This document shows, one piece after another, positions 53,276-61,974 of a stretch of 64,000 nt of DNA. Below the pieces are notes generated by a model that ran no database searches, was not told the origin of the DNA, and was given only the letters and a program-made list of their open reading frames with translations. This stretch comes from an uncultured Candidatus Saccharibacteria bacterium. GTDB lineage: Bacteria > Patescibacteriota > Saccharimonadia > Saccharimonadales > Saccharimonadaceae. The position numbers were made by a program, and so were the translations under genes. The number at the start of each line of letters is the position of its first letter. The stretch's first letter is position 1. The stretch is taken from NCBI GenBank assembly GCA_963527295.1, contig CAURPR010000001.1:52520-116519 (forward strand), written 5' to 3'.

Positions 53276-55918
53276 TTACTGTGTATTCTTCTTCCGTCTA
53301 CGTCGCCGCTTTTTTGGTGCGGTGGCAGCGGTTGAGTCAGCTGTGGCGTTTGCGCTATTGCCGCGGAGCTGTAAAATGACTTCATTGCTGTTTGGGGCTG
53401 GTTGCGGCTGGGCTGGACGGGCGTTGGCAGTAGCAATAGGTTGCTGAGCTGGCTGTCTGGTGATTGGCTGAGTAGCGGGTCGGGGTGACTGCTTCTGTGG
53501 CTGTGGCTGGGGCATGATGGCAGCGTTGATTTCTTTTTCAACATCCTCCCTGCTTCGTGAGTACATGCGTCGTGAATGTTCAATGATGTGCAGGGTATTA
53601 TCGGCCTGGCTCGGTGGTAGCTCGAGAGTGCGTGCGGAAAAGGCTGGTGTCTTCTCTCCCCCGATGACCATGTTGATGACGAAGTTGCGATTGTGCATCT
53701 GCAAGAGGTCGACTGATTCAAAGTTTGGCTCAAATTGTTTGGCGAGAATTGGTGCGTCATCAGCAGACACACGGAACGATATCATGGTGCCGACGTTGCC
53801 GAAGACTGCGTCGCGTACGGTTTCATTCATCTGTGAGATGTACTGGTTGGCGACGGTCAGGTTAAGGCCGTATTTGCGGGCTTCGGACAGGATGGTGGCA
53901 AATGAGTCGGTGGCGAAGTTCTGGAACTCGTCGACGTAAAGGTAAAATGGTCGGCGGTCGCGGATGTCTGGGATGTCAGAGCGCGACATGGCAGCCAACT
54001 GAATCTTGGTGACCAGGAATGAGCCGAGGATGGCGGCGTTGTCCTCGCCGATGAGACCCTTGGATAGATTCACGATGAGGATTTTGCCCTCGTCCATGAT
54101 TTGGCGGATGTTGAAGGTGGATTTGGGCTGGCCGATGATGTTGCGGATAATCGGGTTGGCAGTAAAGGCACCGACCTTGTTGAGGACTGGTGCGACGGCC
54201 TCGGCGACGAACTTGTCGTTCCAGCTGGCGAATTCAACATTCCAGAATTGCAAGACCACGGTGTCGCGGCAATAGCCCAGCGTTTCCTTGCGGAAGTTTT
54301 TATCAGTCAGCATGCGGGTGATGTCCAGCATGGTCGTCTCTGGCCGGTCGAGCAGTGCCAGGATGGTGTAGCGCAAAATGTACTCCAGCCGCGGCCCCCA
54401 TGAATCGCCAAACATACGCTTCAAGACGCCAATGACCTCTGATGAAATGTTGGTTTTTTGGTTCGGGTTGGTGACTTCCAGCGGGTTGAAGCCGAGCGGA
54501 TAAGCGGTGTCGGCTGGGTTGAAATAGACGACGTCGTTCAGCCGTGAGCCGGGGATGAATTTCATATTGTTGATGGCAAAATCACCGTGCGGGTCGATGA
54601 TGGCGTAGCCTTGATTGTGAAAGATGTCGCTGAGTGCAAATAATTCGAGCAACCCTGACTTACCTGCTCCTGTCTGGCCAATGATGTAGACGTGGCGCGA
54701 GCGGTCGTAGCGCAGCATACCGAACTGGTGGTTGATGCCGCGGAAATTGGTGACGCCAAAGGCGGAAATCTGGTCGTCATTGGCGTCGCTGCCGGTCAGG
54801 ACGGGTAGCTTGGATGGCGGTTCGGCGGTTTTGGCGCTGGCCCAGACGATGTTTGGCGTCTCAACATTGGTGTGCGGCAAGTGGAAGACGGAGGCCAGCT
54901 CTTCAATGTTGAGGATGAAGCCGTTGCCAAAAAATGCACGACGACGATATTTTTCTAAAAATTCTTTGCCGTAGGCGGCTTTGATGGGCTTAAAGCCGTT
55001 TAGGTTTGTTGAGTTGAATTGTTTGAAAGTTCCCACCAGTGCCTGCATGCGCAGCTTGGCGTTGGTTTGGTTCTCTCCAAGATAGGCCAGGCGTATTTTT
55101 ACCTCATAGCCCAACTTGGTGGCTTTCTTCTCAGCCTCGGCGATGCGGGTTTTGTTGCGTTCAGAAATTTCTGGACCCTTACCGCCAGATAATCCCTCCT
55201 CTGGCGGTCGCCATAAGGCCGCAAACAAGCCGCCGAGCCAACGCATGCTACCGCCGACGCTTGGTAAGATGCTGGCAGCGCCTTCGCGCAAGCGGGAGAT
55301 CCAGTGGTCAGCCTCCACTTGCCACGAGTCTTCAATTGGTTTGGCTAGCACTTGAATCCACAACTCCTCACCTGTTGACTCTAGTTTTGCCAATGTTCCC
55401 GTGATGCCAGCCAGCGGGTCGACTTCAAAGGTTTGAAAGGTTTTGATTGGTAAAAATTCAGACGCCGTTAAAGTCATTTCTGTGGTGTAGGTTACCGAAT
55501 GATCACGTTCGTGCTCGGTATAATCTTCACTGGCCTGGTGGATTTGGACGGTTGGATATTGGGCGTAGATCTGCCCTTCCACGAAGCTTTGCAGGGACCG
55601 CGGTGTCCAGACATAGAACCGAATTTGCCCATTGACCGAAGCCACTTCAAAGCTCAAATGCTCTTGCGCTCCCCTGCTCAGTTTGAGCTCGCGTTTATCG
55701 CGCAAGATGCCGTGCAGGCTGGCGAATAATTGCTCGGCGGCAAGTTCTTTCTTGTCATTGGTTTTTGGGATTTCCAAAATGAGTAAAACGTTGTCGCTTG
55801 AGATGAATTCATTCAGCTGTTGATAATTGCGCCACGTCAAAAAAGATAACAAAATAACCAGCGGCAACCAAACATACCACTGCATCAATAATGTTATAGT
55901 CCAGGAAAATATTTCCAT
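53276..55918 (-). CDS. VirD4/TraG/TraD-like (HerA-FtsK superfamily) P-loop ATPase with N-terminal TM domain and low-complexity basic tail
   Basis: N-terminal TM helices, Walker A GQTGAGKSG, Walker B FYLYVDEFQNFAT, and a TraG-D_C-like ARKYGLNLTVANQY. The C-terminus is PQ-rich and ends KKRRRRRKKNTQ. Confidence 0.65.
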   Translation of the reverse strand: MEIFSWTITLLMQWYVWLPLVILLSFLTWRNYQQLNEFISSDNVLLILEIPKTNDKKELAAEQLFASLHGILRDKRELKLSRGAQEHLSFEVASVNGQIRFYVWTPRSLQSFVEGQIYAQYPTVQIHQASEDYTEHERDHSVTYTTEMTLTASEFLPIKTFQTFEVDPLAGITGTLAKLESTGEELWIQVLAKPIEDSWQVEADHWISRLREGAASILPSVGGSMRWLGGLFAALWRPPEEGLSGGKGPEISERNKTRIAEAEKKATKLGYEVKIRLAYLGENQTNAKLRMQALVGTFKQFNSTNLNGFKPIKAAYGKEFLEKYRRRAFFGNGFILNIEELASVFHLPHTNVETPNIVWASAKTAEPPSKLPVLTGSDANDDQISAFGVTNFRGINHQFGMLRYDRSRHVYIIGQTGAGKSGLLELFALSDIFHNQGYAIIDPHGDFAINNMKFIPGSRLNDVVYFNPADTAYPLGFNPLEVTNPNQKTNISSEVIGVLKRMFGDSWGPRLEYILRYTILALLDRPETTMLDITRMLTDKNFRKETLGYCRDTVVLQFWNVEFASWNDKFVAEAVAPVLNKVGAFTANPIIRNIIGQPKSTFNIRQIMDEGKILIVNLSKGLIGEDNAAILGSFLVTKIQLAAMSRSDIPDIRDRRPFYLYVDEFQNFATDSFATILSEARKYGLNLTVANQYISQMNETVRDAVFGNVGTMISFRVSADDAPILAKQFEPNFESVDLLQMHNRNFVINMVIGGEKTPAFSARTLELPPSQADNTLHIIEHSRRMYSRSREDVEKEINAAIMPQPQPQKQSPRPATQPITRQPAQQPIATANARPAQPQPAPNSNEVILQLRGNSANATADSTAATAPKKRRRRRKKNTQ

Positions 55919-55955
55919 GCTATTAAATTATCCCATATTTGATGTAACAATACAA

Positions 55956-57011
55956 TCAGGCTTGTTGCTGTTCAAACACGTAGGTAGCCTTGGCGACACG
56001 CTTGAACTGTGACTTTGACTGCAGGTTCAGTAAAATAGTCGTTTCTTTGACCTGGCGTTTGTCTAAAACTCGTTTGATGATTTCGTCGCGGTGCAGTGGC
56101 TCGTCAGCTTCTTTGAGGATGTCGGTGATGATGTCAGCAACAGTGCCGCGGCTGTAGCCCCATGAGTCCAGGGCATAGATACCACGACCAATCAGCACGA
56201 AGCGGCTGTCTTTGATGAGTTCGTTGTGAATCGCTTGTGTGGTGACATTTTTGCGCTTGAAATCACTGTCTTTGATGGCCTTAGCAATCTCTGAAAAATG
56301 CATTGGCTTGCCGTTGTCGTCCAGGATGACAAAGATCTTGTCGCGAATATTCTTTGGGTTGACGGTTGGCCATTTGATGAGCCCCCAGTTCCCTTTCAGC
56401 TCAGCCAGCTTCTTGCTGATGGACGCCAGTGCTGCGATGTTCTGCGGATGCTCATAGTCCATGGACTCGTGAATTGCTTCAGCGGTGATTGGCTGGCCGT
56501 GTTTCTTGATGAACTTAACAATTTCTTCAACTTGTTTTTTCACTGACTTTTCGTCACCGACGGATGAGATGACCGCGGACTGATAGAAATCGTCATTTTC
56601 ATTGATAACAGTCAAGCCTGGCGCTAATTCTGCCAAGAAAGCGACAGCTGAGCGCTCCAGGAGTGTCGCATCACGACCCAAAATGTGTGATGTCAAGTTT
56701 TGCATGCGAGCACCACGGCCCATTTCTGACAGATGTGAAACGATGAGCTTTTCGGCGGAATTAACAGATGGTAATTTGTCTTCTGCTACTGACGCACGCA
56801 GTTTGGTGAGGATGGCTTTCTCAAGTTGACGAACGCGTTCACGAGTAATGCCCAACATCTCACCGATCTGTTCCAATGTCTCTTTCCTGTCTTCCAGCCC
56901 AAAGCGACGTGAAATGATTTCACGCTCACGCTCCTGAGAAATGCTACCAAGAATATCCGCAACCGCTGTATTCAAACTCTCTGCCGCGTCAGCTATTTCT
57001 GGTTTGCTCAT
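55956..57011 (-). CDS. Sigma-70 region-4-like HTH protein with two HARE-HTH-like modules
   Basis: REREIISRRFGLEDRKETLEQIGEMLGITRERVRQLEKAILTKLR is a sigma region 4 HTH. MHFSEIAKAIKD...IHNELIKDSRFVLIGRGIYALDSWGY is HARE-HTH-like. No sigma region 2 was seen. Start ATG 57011 preferred over 57098. Confidence 0.55.
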   Translation of the reverse strand: MSKPEIADAAESLNTAVADILGSISQEREREIISRRFGLEDRKETLEQIGEMLGITRERVRQLEKAILTKLRASVAEDKLPSVNSAEKLIVSHLSEMGRGARMQNLTSHILGRDATLLERSAVAFLAELAPGLTVINENDDFYQSAVISSVGDEKSVKKQVEEIVKFIKKHGQPITAEAIHESMDYEHPQNIAALASISKKLAELKGNWGLIKWPTVNPKNIRDKIFVILDDNGKPMHFSEIAKAIKDSDFKRKNVTTQAIHNELIKDSRFVLIGRGIYALDSWGYSRGTVADIITDILKEADEPLHRDEIIKRVLDKRQVKETTILLNLQSKSQFKRVAKATYVFEQQQA

Positions 57012-57255
57012 GGTATATTCCAAGTATCCTCTCTGCCACACCCTGCATATATTTTTATCATTTCTATGTGCTTGATTATACAACAATATGTAGCTCAAGT
57101 CAAATATTTGTGCTGCTTTTACAAATTATAGCACGTTCTTTACGATTTTTGCAATGGGTTGTTTGATGTATATACAATAAGCGTTTTATATGGTATGGCA
57201 CTAGTGATTACGGCTATGCTTTGTAAAATATGAGGTATATTATATAGTTATCATT

Positions 57256-57906
57256 ATGAATGAATTAGGAAGAACTTCAATTGAACAAGCAGCGTCTCCA
57301 GAAGACTTGGGAACTGTGAAGGATTTTATCATTGAATGCTTGGCGGACGGGCAGTCAATGACAGTGCGACAATTATCTCAGCAGTGGTGTGAAGCTCATG
57401 GATCCAAGTCTCTCATTAAAGCCGGTCTGTTTAATGAAAAAATTCGACAAGCACTAGGTGAAATTGAAGTCGAGGAGGACGGGTCTTTGGGATGTTTGAA
57501 AAAAACGGTTGTTCAAGATACTAATACGACCGTCACGTACTACCACCTTAGTGGTGTGTCTGAAGGATATCAACCAGCCGTAATGGAGCCTGTTAATTCG
57601 GAGAGGTTTGTGCCCCCGCTTCAGGCTGCCATTAATGAGGTTGTTGGTAATCATGATGCAGTAAATCCAGACTGGGATATGCGCAAACTATGTGCTAAGA
57701 GAGCGGTTGGTACATTTACTACTAAGCTGTGTGAAAAATGTCCAGTAAAGATTGACTGCCTGAAGACTGCGCTTGCGGAAGAGGTTCGATTTAGTACTAA
57801 GGCTGTTAAAACGTTGGGTGTCAAGGGTGGTTACGCTCCTCGTGATAGGTTAGGGTTGCTAAAGGAAATCAAGGAAAAAATACAAGAGGCTGACCAAAAG
57901 TCATAG
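57256..57906 (+). CDS. WhiB-like (Wbl) Fe-S domain protein with long N-terminal extension
   Basis: C-terminal CAKRAVGTFTTKLCEKCPVKIDCLKTALAEE...GVKGGYAPRDR has the C-x13-C-x2-C-x5-C cysteine pattern, CPV, a G[VI]WGG-like turn (GVKGG) and a basic tail. Confidence 0.65.
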   Translation: MNELGRTSIEQAASPEDLGTVKDFIIECLADGQSMTVRQLSQQWCEAHGSKSLIKAGLFNEKIRQALGEIEVEEDGSLGCLKKTVVQDTNTTVTYYHLSGVSEGYQPAVMEPVNSERFVPPLQAAINEVVGNHDAVNPDWDMRKLCAKRAVGTFTTKLCEKCPVKIDCLKTALAEEVRFSTKAVKTLGVKGGYAPRDRLGLLKEIKEKIQEADQKS

Positions 57907-57928
57907 TCATCCCTAAGTGCGAATATCA

Positions 57929-59350
57929 TTACAATTGGCTAGCGATGCGGCTGAGGGTTTTATCTTTGCCAAACAATGCCAGCGTGTCGTTTAATTGTGG
58001 ACTGAAAGGTGCCCATGTCGTGACGATGCGAATGAGGCTGAACAGTACGCCAGGCTTTTGACCAGTGATTTCTAGTAGCTGGTTTAGCGCTTCTTGGATG
58101 GCTTCAGGGTTCCAGTCAGCCAACTCTGCCAGCTTGTCATGTGCGGTTTGCAGTAGCGCGTGAATTTCACCATCAGATAATTTTTTCAGCTGCTTATTAC
58201 TGGTGATCAGTTCCCAGTTGACTTCTGGTTCTTCAAAGAAAAAGCGACTCATCATGGGTAGCTCAGCCAGTGTTTTGAGCCGATCTTGTACTAGAGCCAA
58301 GACTTGGTGTTTGTATGACGCATCAAACTGGGCAGCTGATTGTGGCCAATAGCTCTCTACTCGTTGATAGAGGTCGTCTAGGCTAATTTGGCGGATCCAT
58401 TGTCCATTCATCCACAACAAACGCTTCTCGTCAAAACGTGCGCCCGAACGCTGCACTCGGTCGAGGCTGAATTTATCGATCAGCTCTTGCCTGCTGAAGA
58501 TTTCCTGTTCGGTGCCATCATTCCAACCCATTGACGCCAAGAAATTCAGCATGGCCTCTGGTAGGATTCCATCAGTTCGGTAATCAGTCACGCTTTTGGC
58601 GCCGTCTCGTTTGCCGAGCTTTTTCCTGCCATCTGGAGCCATGATGTGCGGCAAGCAGACCAACGTTGGCGGCGTAATTTCCAAAGCTTCGTAGAGGCTT
58701 AAATATTTTGGCGTGCTGGAAATATATTCTAGTCCGCGGATGACATGCGTGACGCCCATCTCAAAGTCGTCAATGATGTGCGCAAAATTGTAGGTTGGAT
58801 AGCCGTCAGCTTTGATGAGGATGAAATCATCCAGGGCTTCGGGGCCAGCTGATAGTTCGCCCATGACAGGGTCGTTCCATGTGTATCGTTTGGGTGCGGT
58901 TACCTTGAACCGGAGTGGCTGAGTGCCGGCCCATTCTGGGGGATTTTCTGGCCGATAATCACGGTATAGGAAAGCTTTTTTCAACGCATGTGCTTCTTCT
59001 CGAAAACCTTGTACTTCTTCAGGCGTGTACGGATCGGCATAGGCCAGTCCCTTCTCTACCAGCTTTTTTGCCCAGCTGTGGTAGATCTCCAGCCGTTCCG
59101 ACTGGTGGTATGGTCCATGTGATCCACCTTTGCGCGGCCCTTCGTCCCAATCAATGCCCAGCCACTCCAGCGTGTCTAATATCAAATCTTCAGCACCAGG
59201 CACAAATCGCGACCGATCAGTGTCTTCAATACGTAAGATGAATGAACCTCCCTGTTGGCGTGTCAATAACCACGGAAACAAGGCAGCTCGAACATTTCCA
59301 ACATGAATATAGCCGGTTGGTGATGGCGCAAAGCGAGTACGAATAGTCAT
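57929..59350 (-). CDS. gltX: Glutamate--tRNA ligase
   Basis: RFAPSPTGYIHVGNVRAALF (HIGH-type motif), a KLGKRDG KMSKS-like motif, and a typical C-terminal anticodon-binding domain. Confidence 0.95.
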   Translation of the reverse strand: MTIRTRFAPSPTGYIHVGNVRAALFPWLLTRQQGGSFILRIEDTDRSRFVPGAEDLILDTLEWLGIDWDEGPRKGGSHGPYHQSERLEIYHSWAKKLVEKGLAYADPYTPEEVQGFREEAHALKKAFLYRDYRPENPPEWAGTQPLRFKVTAPKRYTWNDPVMGELSAGPEALDDFILIKADGYPTYNFAHIIDDFEMGVTHVIRGLEYISSTPKYLSLYEALEITPPTLVCLPHIMAPDGRKKLGKRDGAKSVTDYRTDGILPEAMLNFLASMGWNDGTEQEIFSRQELIDKFSLDRVQRSGARFDEKRLLWMNGQWIRQISLDDLYQRVESYWPQSAAQFDASYKHQVLALVQDRLKTLAELPMMSRFFFEEPEVNWELITSNKQLKKLSDGEIHALLQTAHDKLAELADWNPEAIQEALNQLLEITGQKPGVLFSLIRIVTTWAPFSPQLNDTLALFGKDKTLSRIASQL

Positions 59351-59362
59351 GATGACATTATA

Positions 59363-60361
59363 CTACATGCTGGTAGCTATTTTGCGAATCTGTTCGCTGG
59401 AGAGTGGAGCATGGCTGTTGATTTGGTACAAGATGCCGCCATTTACCCAAGCGACATTTTCTCCTGCTGCAAAAATAGTGAGGCCATCGACGATGGTTGT
59501 AGCTGGTGCACCTGATTTTCCTGCAATGTACTCTTTGACAGCGGCTGAATCCCAATTGCTCTTGCTTTGAGAAATTGTGTAGTTGGCGGTGCCGTCAGCG
59601 TATGCAAATTTCATGCTGACCTCTCCCTGCTTGAAGGAAATTGGGCCGTTGAGCGCATAGCCATTTGGTTTGTAACCAGGATAAGTGGCGTTGATACCAG
59701 ACTGCAGGGCGGCGACACGAATGGAAATGTTTGGCATGCTGAGATAGGTGAAATAGCCACCGAGGAGCATGATGGCCAGTCCCGCGGACGCCAGGCTGGT
59801 CCAGCGCTTTAGCTTGCTTTGCTTACGCTTGGCGCGGTGATGCTTCTCTGGTTTTGGCTCTTGAGCTTTAGCCAAGGCTTCGCTTATGGCCTCATTTTTG
59901 AGAATTGATGCTGACTTTGGCTCGGTCTTTTGGATTGGTGCGACGGGCGCCTTGGCAATTTGTCGTTGCTTGGCGCGTTGTACAACTGGGTGCACTTCTG
60001 CCGGACGATCTATCTGAACAGGTTTTTTGGGCGCCTCTACTGCTGGTTTTTGAGTTATCTGAGGGGAGAATTTTTTCACAGCAACGTGCTGCTGTACGGT
60101 CGTATGTGGGGTCCTAACTGGACGAGTAGCGAGGGCTTTTTGAGGGGGTCGTTTGATGTGTCGTCGGCTGAGGGTGGCTGATTTCTGCACTGGAACACGG
60201 TGAATAGTCGCGGTGGTTGTACCGCGTGCGGCTGATGCCTTAACGACGCGCTTGGGTTGAGTCGGCGCTACTGTTGGTGATGTTGCGACTGAGATTGGTA
60301 ATGGCAGCCCTGTGACTGGGTCGTATGCCTTACCATTGACATTGATAAATTCTTGTTTCAT
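59363..60361 (-). CDS. Membrane-anchored hypothetical protein (P/K/Q-rich cytoplasmic part, extracytoplasmic C-domain)
   Basis: Single TM helix (LASAGLAIMLLGGYFTYL) at about residue 195, followed by a globular domain of about 120 aa. Confidence 0.55.
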   Translation of the reverse strand: MKQEFINVNGKAYDPVTGLPLPISVATSPTVAPTQPKRVVKASAARGTTTATIHRVPVQKSATLSRRHIKRPPQKALATRPVRTPHTTVQQHVAVKKFSPQITQKPAVEAPKKPVQIDRPAEVHPVVQRAKQRQIAKAPVAPIQKTEPKSASILKNEAISEALAKAQEPKPEKHHRAKRKQSKLKRWTSLASAGLAIMLLGGYFTYLSMPNISIRVAALQSGINATYPGYKPNGYALNGPISFKQGEVSMKFAYADGTANYTISQSKSNWDSAAVKEYIAGKSGAPATTIVDGLTIFAAGENVAWVNGGILYQINSHAPLSSEQIRKIATSM

Positions 60362-60461
60362 TTCTTCCCCTTGTTACGATGTTCCCTCGCGAACTTCTAT
60401 ATATTATAGTACAAAGTGCCAGCGGTTTTTGCAAGGGCGAAAATGTGGTATAATTCGTTTT

Positions 60462-61952
60462 ATGTACCACAACAATACCTCCGCAAAAGAAATCGTGCGT
60501 CGTACTTTGGTGTACACTATCATGACGCTGATGGTGATTGGTTTGATCATCGTTCTTTTGTGGCACAACTTTGGCTATCAATTCAATTCAAAAGATCTGA
60601 AAATCGAGCAAAACAGCTTAGTGCAATACGATTCGTTTCCGCGTGGCGCGCAGGTGTCAATCGATGGCAACGCATTTAACCTGACTCAAACCAAGGGCCT
60701 CATCGTGCCTGGGCAACACCAATTCACCATGAAACTAAACGGCTATGAGCCATGGCAAAAGACTTTGGACATCAAGGCTGGTACGGTGACGCATTTGGTG
60801 TATGCTCGGATGATCCCCGAGAAGAAAGAGGTCACCAATTTGAAAGAATATCCAGTGCTAGAATCAGCTAAGTTTGCGCCTGGCGGGCGGTTCATGGCTG
60901 GTACTGGCGTGGTGAACGGAACGCCGAAACTGTTTTGGGGTGATGTTCGGTCGTACAACAATCCTAAATTTACGGAAACCGACATTAGCACGCAACATTT
61001 GGCGCAGTATGATGTAGCAACGACCAAGCATCAATTTGCCATCGCCGAGTGGGACTTTGCGGGCCGTTACGTACTACTCAAGCACACTTATACTCCAGAG
61101 GGCTCTGAGGGCAAGATTCAGTGGCTGCGCTTTGACCGGGATAATCCAAAAGAAATGATTGATGTGACGAATATCGCTAGCGTGGATATTTTGGACGCGC
61201 ATTTCATCGGTACGAATGGTAATGAGCTATACGTCTTGCAAAATGGCGGTCATGTGCGCCAGATGAATGTGGGCGGCGCTTCCCTGTCGCGTCCAGTGTT
61301 GTCTGGTGTTCAATCGTTTGTGTTGTACGGCAGTGAGACGATCGCTTATGTTGGTACTGAAGCAAATGTCAAAGTGGCTGGTGTGTGGAAAAAAGGTTGG
61401 GAGCAGTCGCGCATCATGTATCGGGCTGCGTCAGCGCAGACTGATGATACAGTCAAAATCAAGGCTTCAAAGTATTTCAATAAGGACACTGTGGTTGTGA
61501 CGGTCAATGATACAGCACAGATCTATCGCGGTGATTTGCGTCCACCAACCGAGGACTCAGAAGCCGTGAAAAAGTTTTTGAATTCCGTGAAAAAGGTGGC
61601 GTTTGGACGGACCATCAAAGATCTGACGCTAAACAGCGATGGTCGGATGGTGATCGTCAAAGATGAGACAGGCTTTGTCAATTATGACATTGAGCGAGAG
61701 ACTATTTCGCCAGTCATCGCGCTTGATGCACCAAGCGAGCTCAAATGGTTGGATGAGTTCTATGTCTGGCGACGTGATGCTAGTGGTAAATTGCTGATCC
61801 AAGAGTTTGATGGCACCAATGCGCACACACTGACTCCCGTGGCTGCTGGTTACGACGCAGCGCTGTCCCCTGATGGTAAGTATCTTTACTCATTTGTCGG
61901 TGATGGCGATAAATTGATCCTCAGTCGTTTGAAGATGACAACAGAATCATAA
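60462..61952 (+). CDS. PEGA-domain / beta-propeller-like membrane-anchored protein
   Basis: TM helix, then a PEGA-like module (FPRGAQVSIDGNAFNLTQTKGLIVPGQHQFTMKLNGYEPWQKTLDIKAG), then a long beta-rich region. TATAAT 60449-60454 lies 7 nt before ATG 60462. Confidence 0.65.
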   Translation: MYHNNTSAKEIVRRTLVYTIMTLMVIGLIIVLLWHNFGYQFNSKDLKIEQNSLVQYDSFPRGAQVSIDGNAFNLTQTKGLIVPGQHQFTMKLNGYEPWQKTLDIKAGTVTHLVYARMIPEKKEVTNLKEYPVLESAKFAPGGRFMAGTGVVNGTPKLFWGDVRSYNNPKFTETDISTQHLAQYDVATTKHQFAIAEWDFAGRYVLLKHTYTPEGSEGKIQWLRFDRDNPKEMIDVTNIASVDILDAHFIGTNGNELYVLQNGGHVRQMNVGGASLSRPVLSGVQSFVLYGSETIAYVGTEANVKVAGVWKKGWEQSRIMYRAASAQTDDTVKIKASKYFNKDTVVVTVNDTAQIYRGDLRPPTEDSEAVKKFLNSVKKVAFGRTIKDLTLNSDGRMVIVKDETGFVNYDIERETISPVIALDAPSELKWLDEFYVWRRDASGKLLIQEFDGTNAHTLTPVAAGYDAALSPDGKYLYSFVGDGDKLILSRLKMTTES

Positions 61953-61974
61953 ACTCAAGGAGGTGATTTTCCGG

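Noticed and set aside
53218-53772. 184-aa minus-strand ORF overlapping the tracrRNA and the 3' end of the ATPase gene
   Set aside because: It is an out-of-frame overlap with the well-supported 880-aa ATPase ORF and is P/S/Q-rich low-complexity sequence. The same applies to other internal ORFs in 53.2-55.9 kb.
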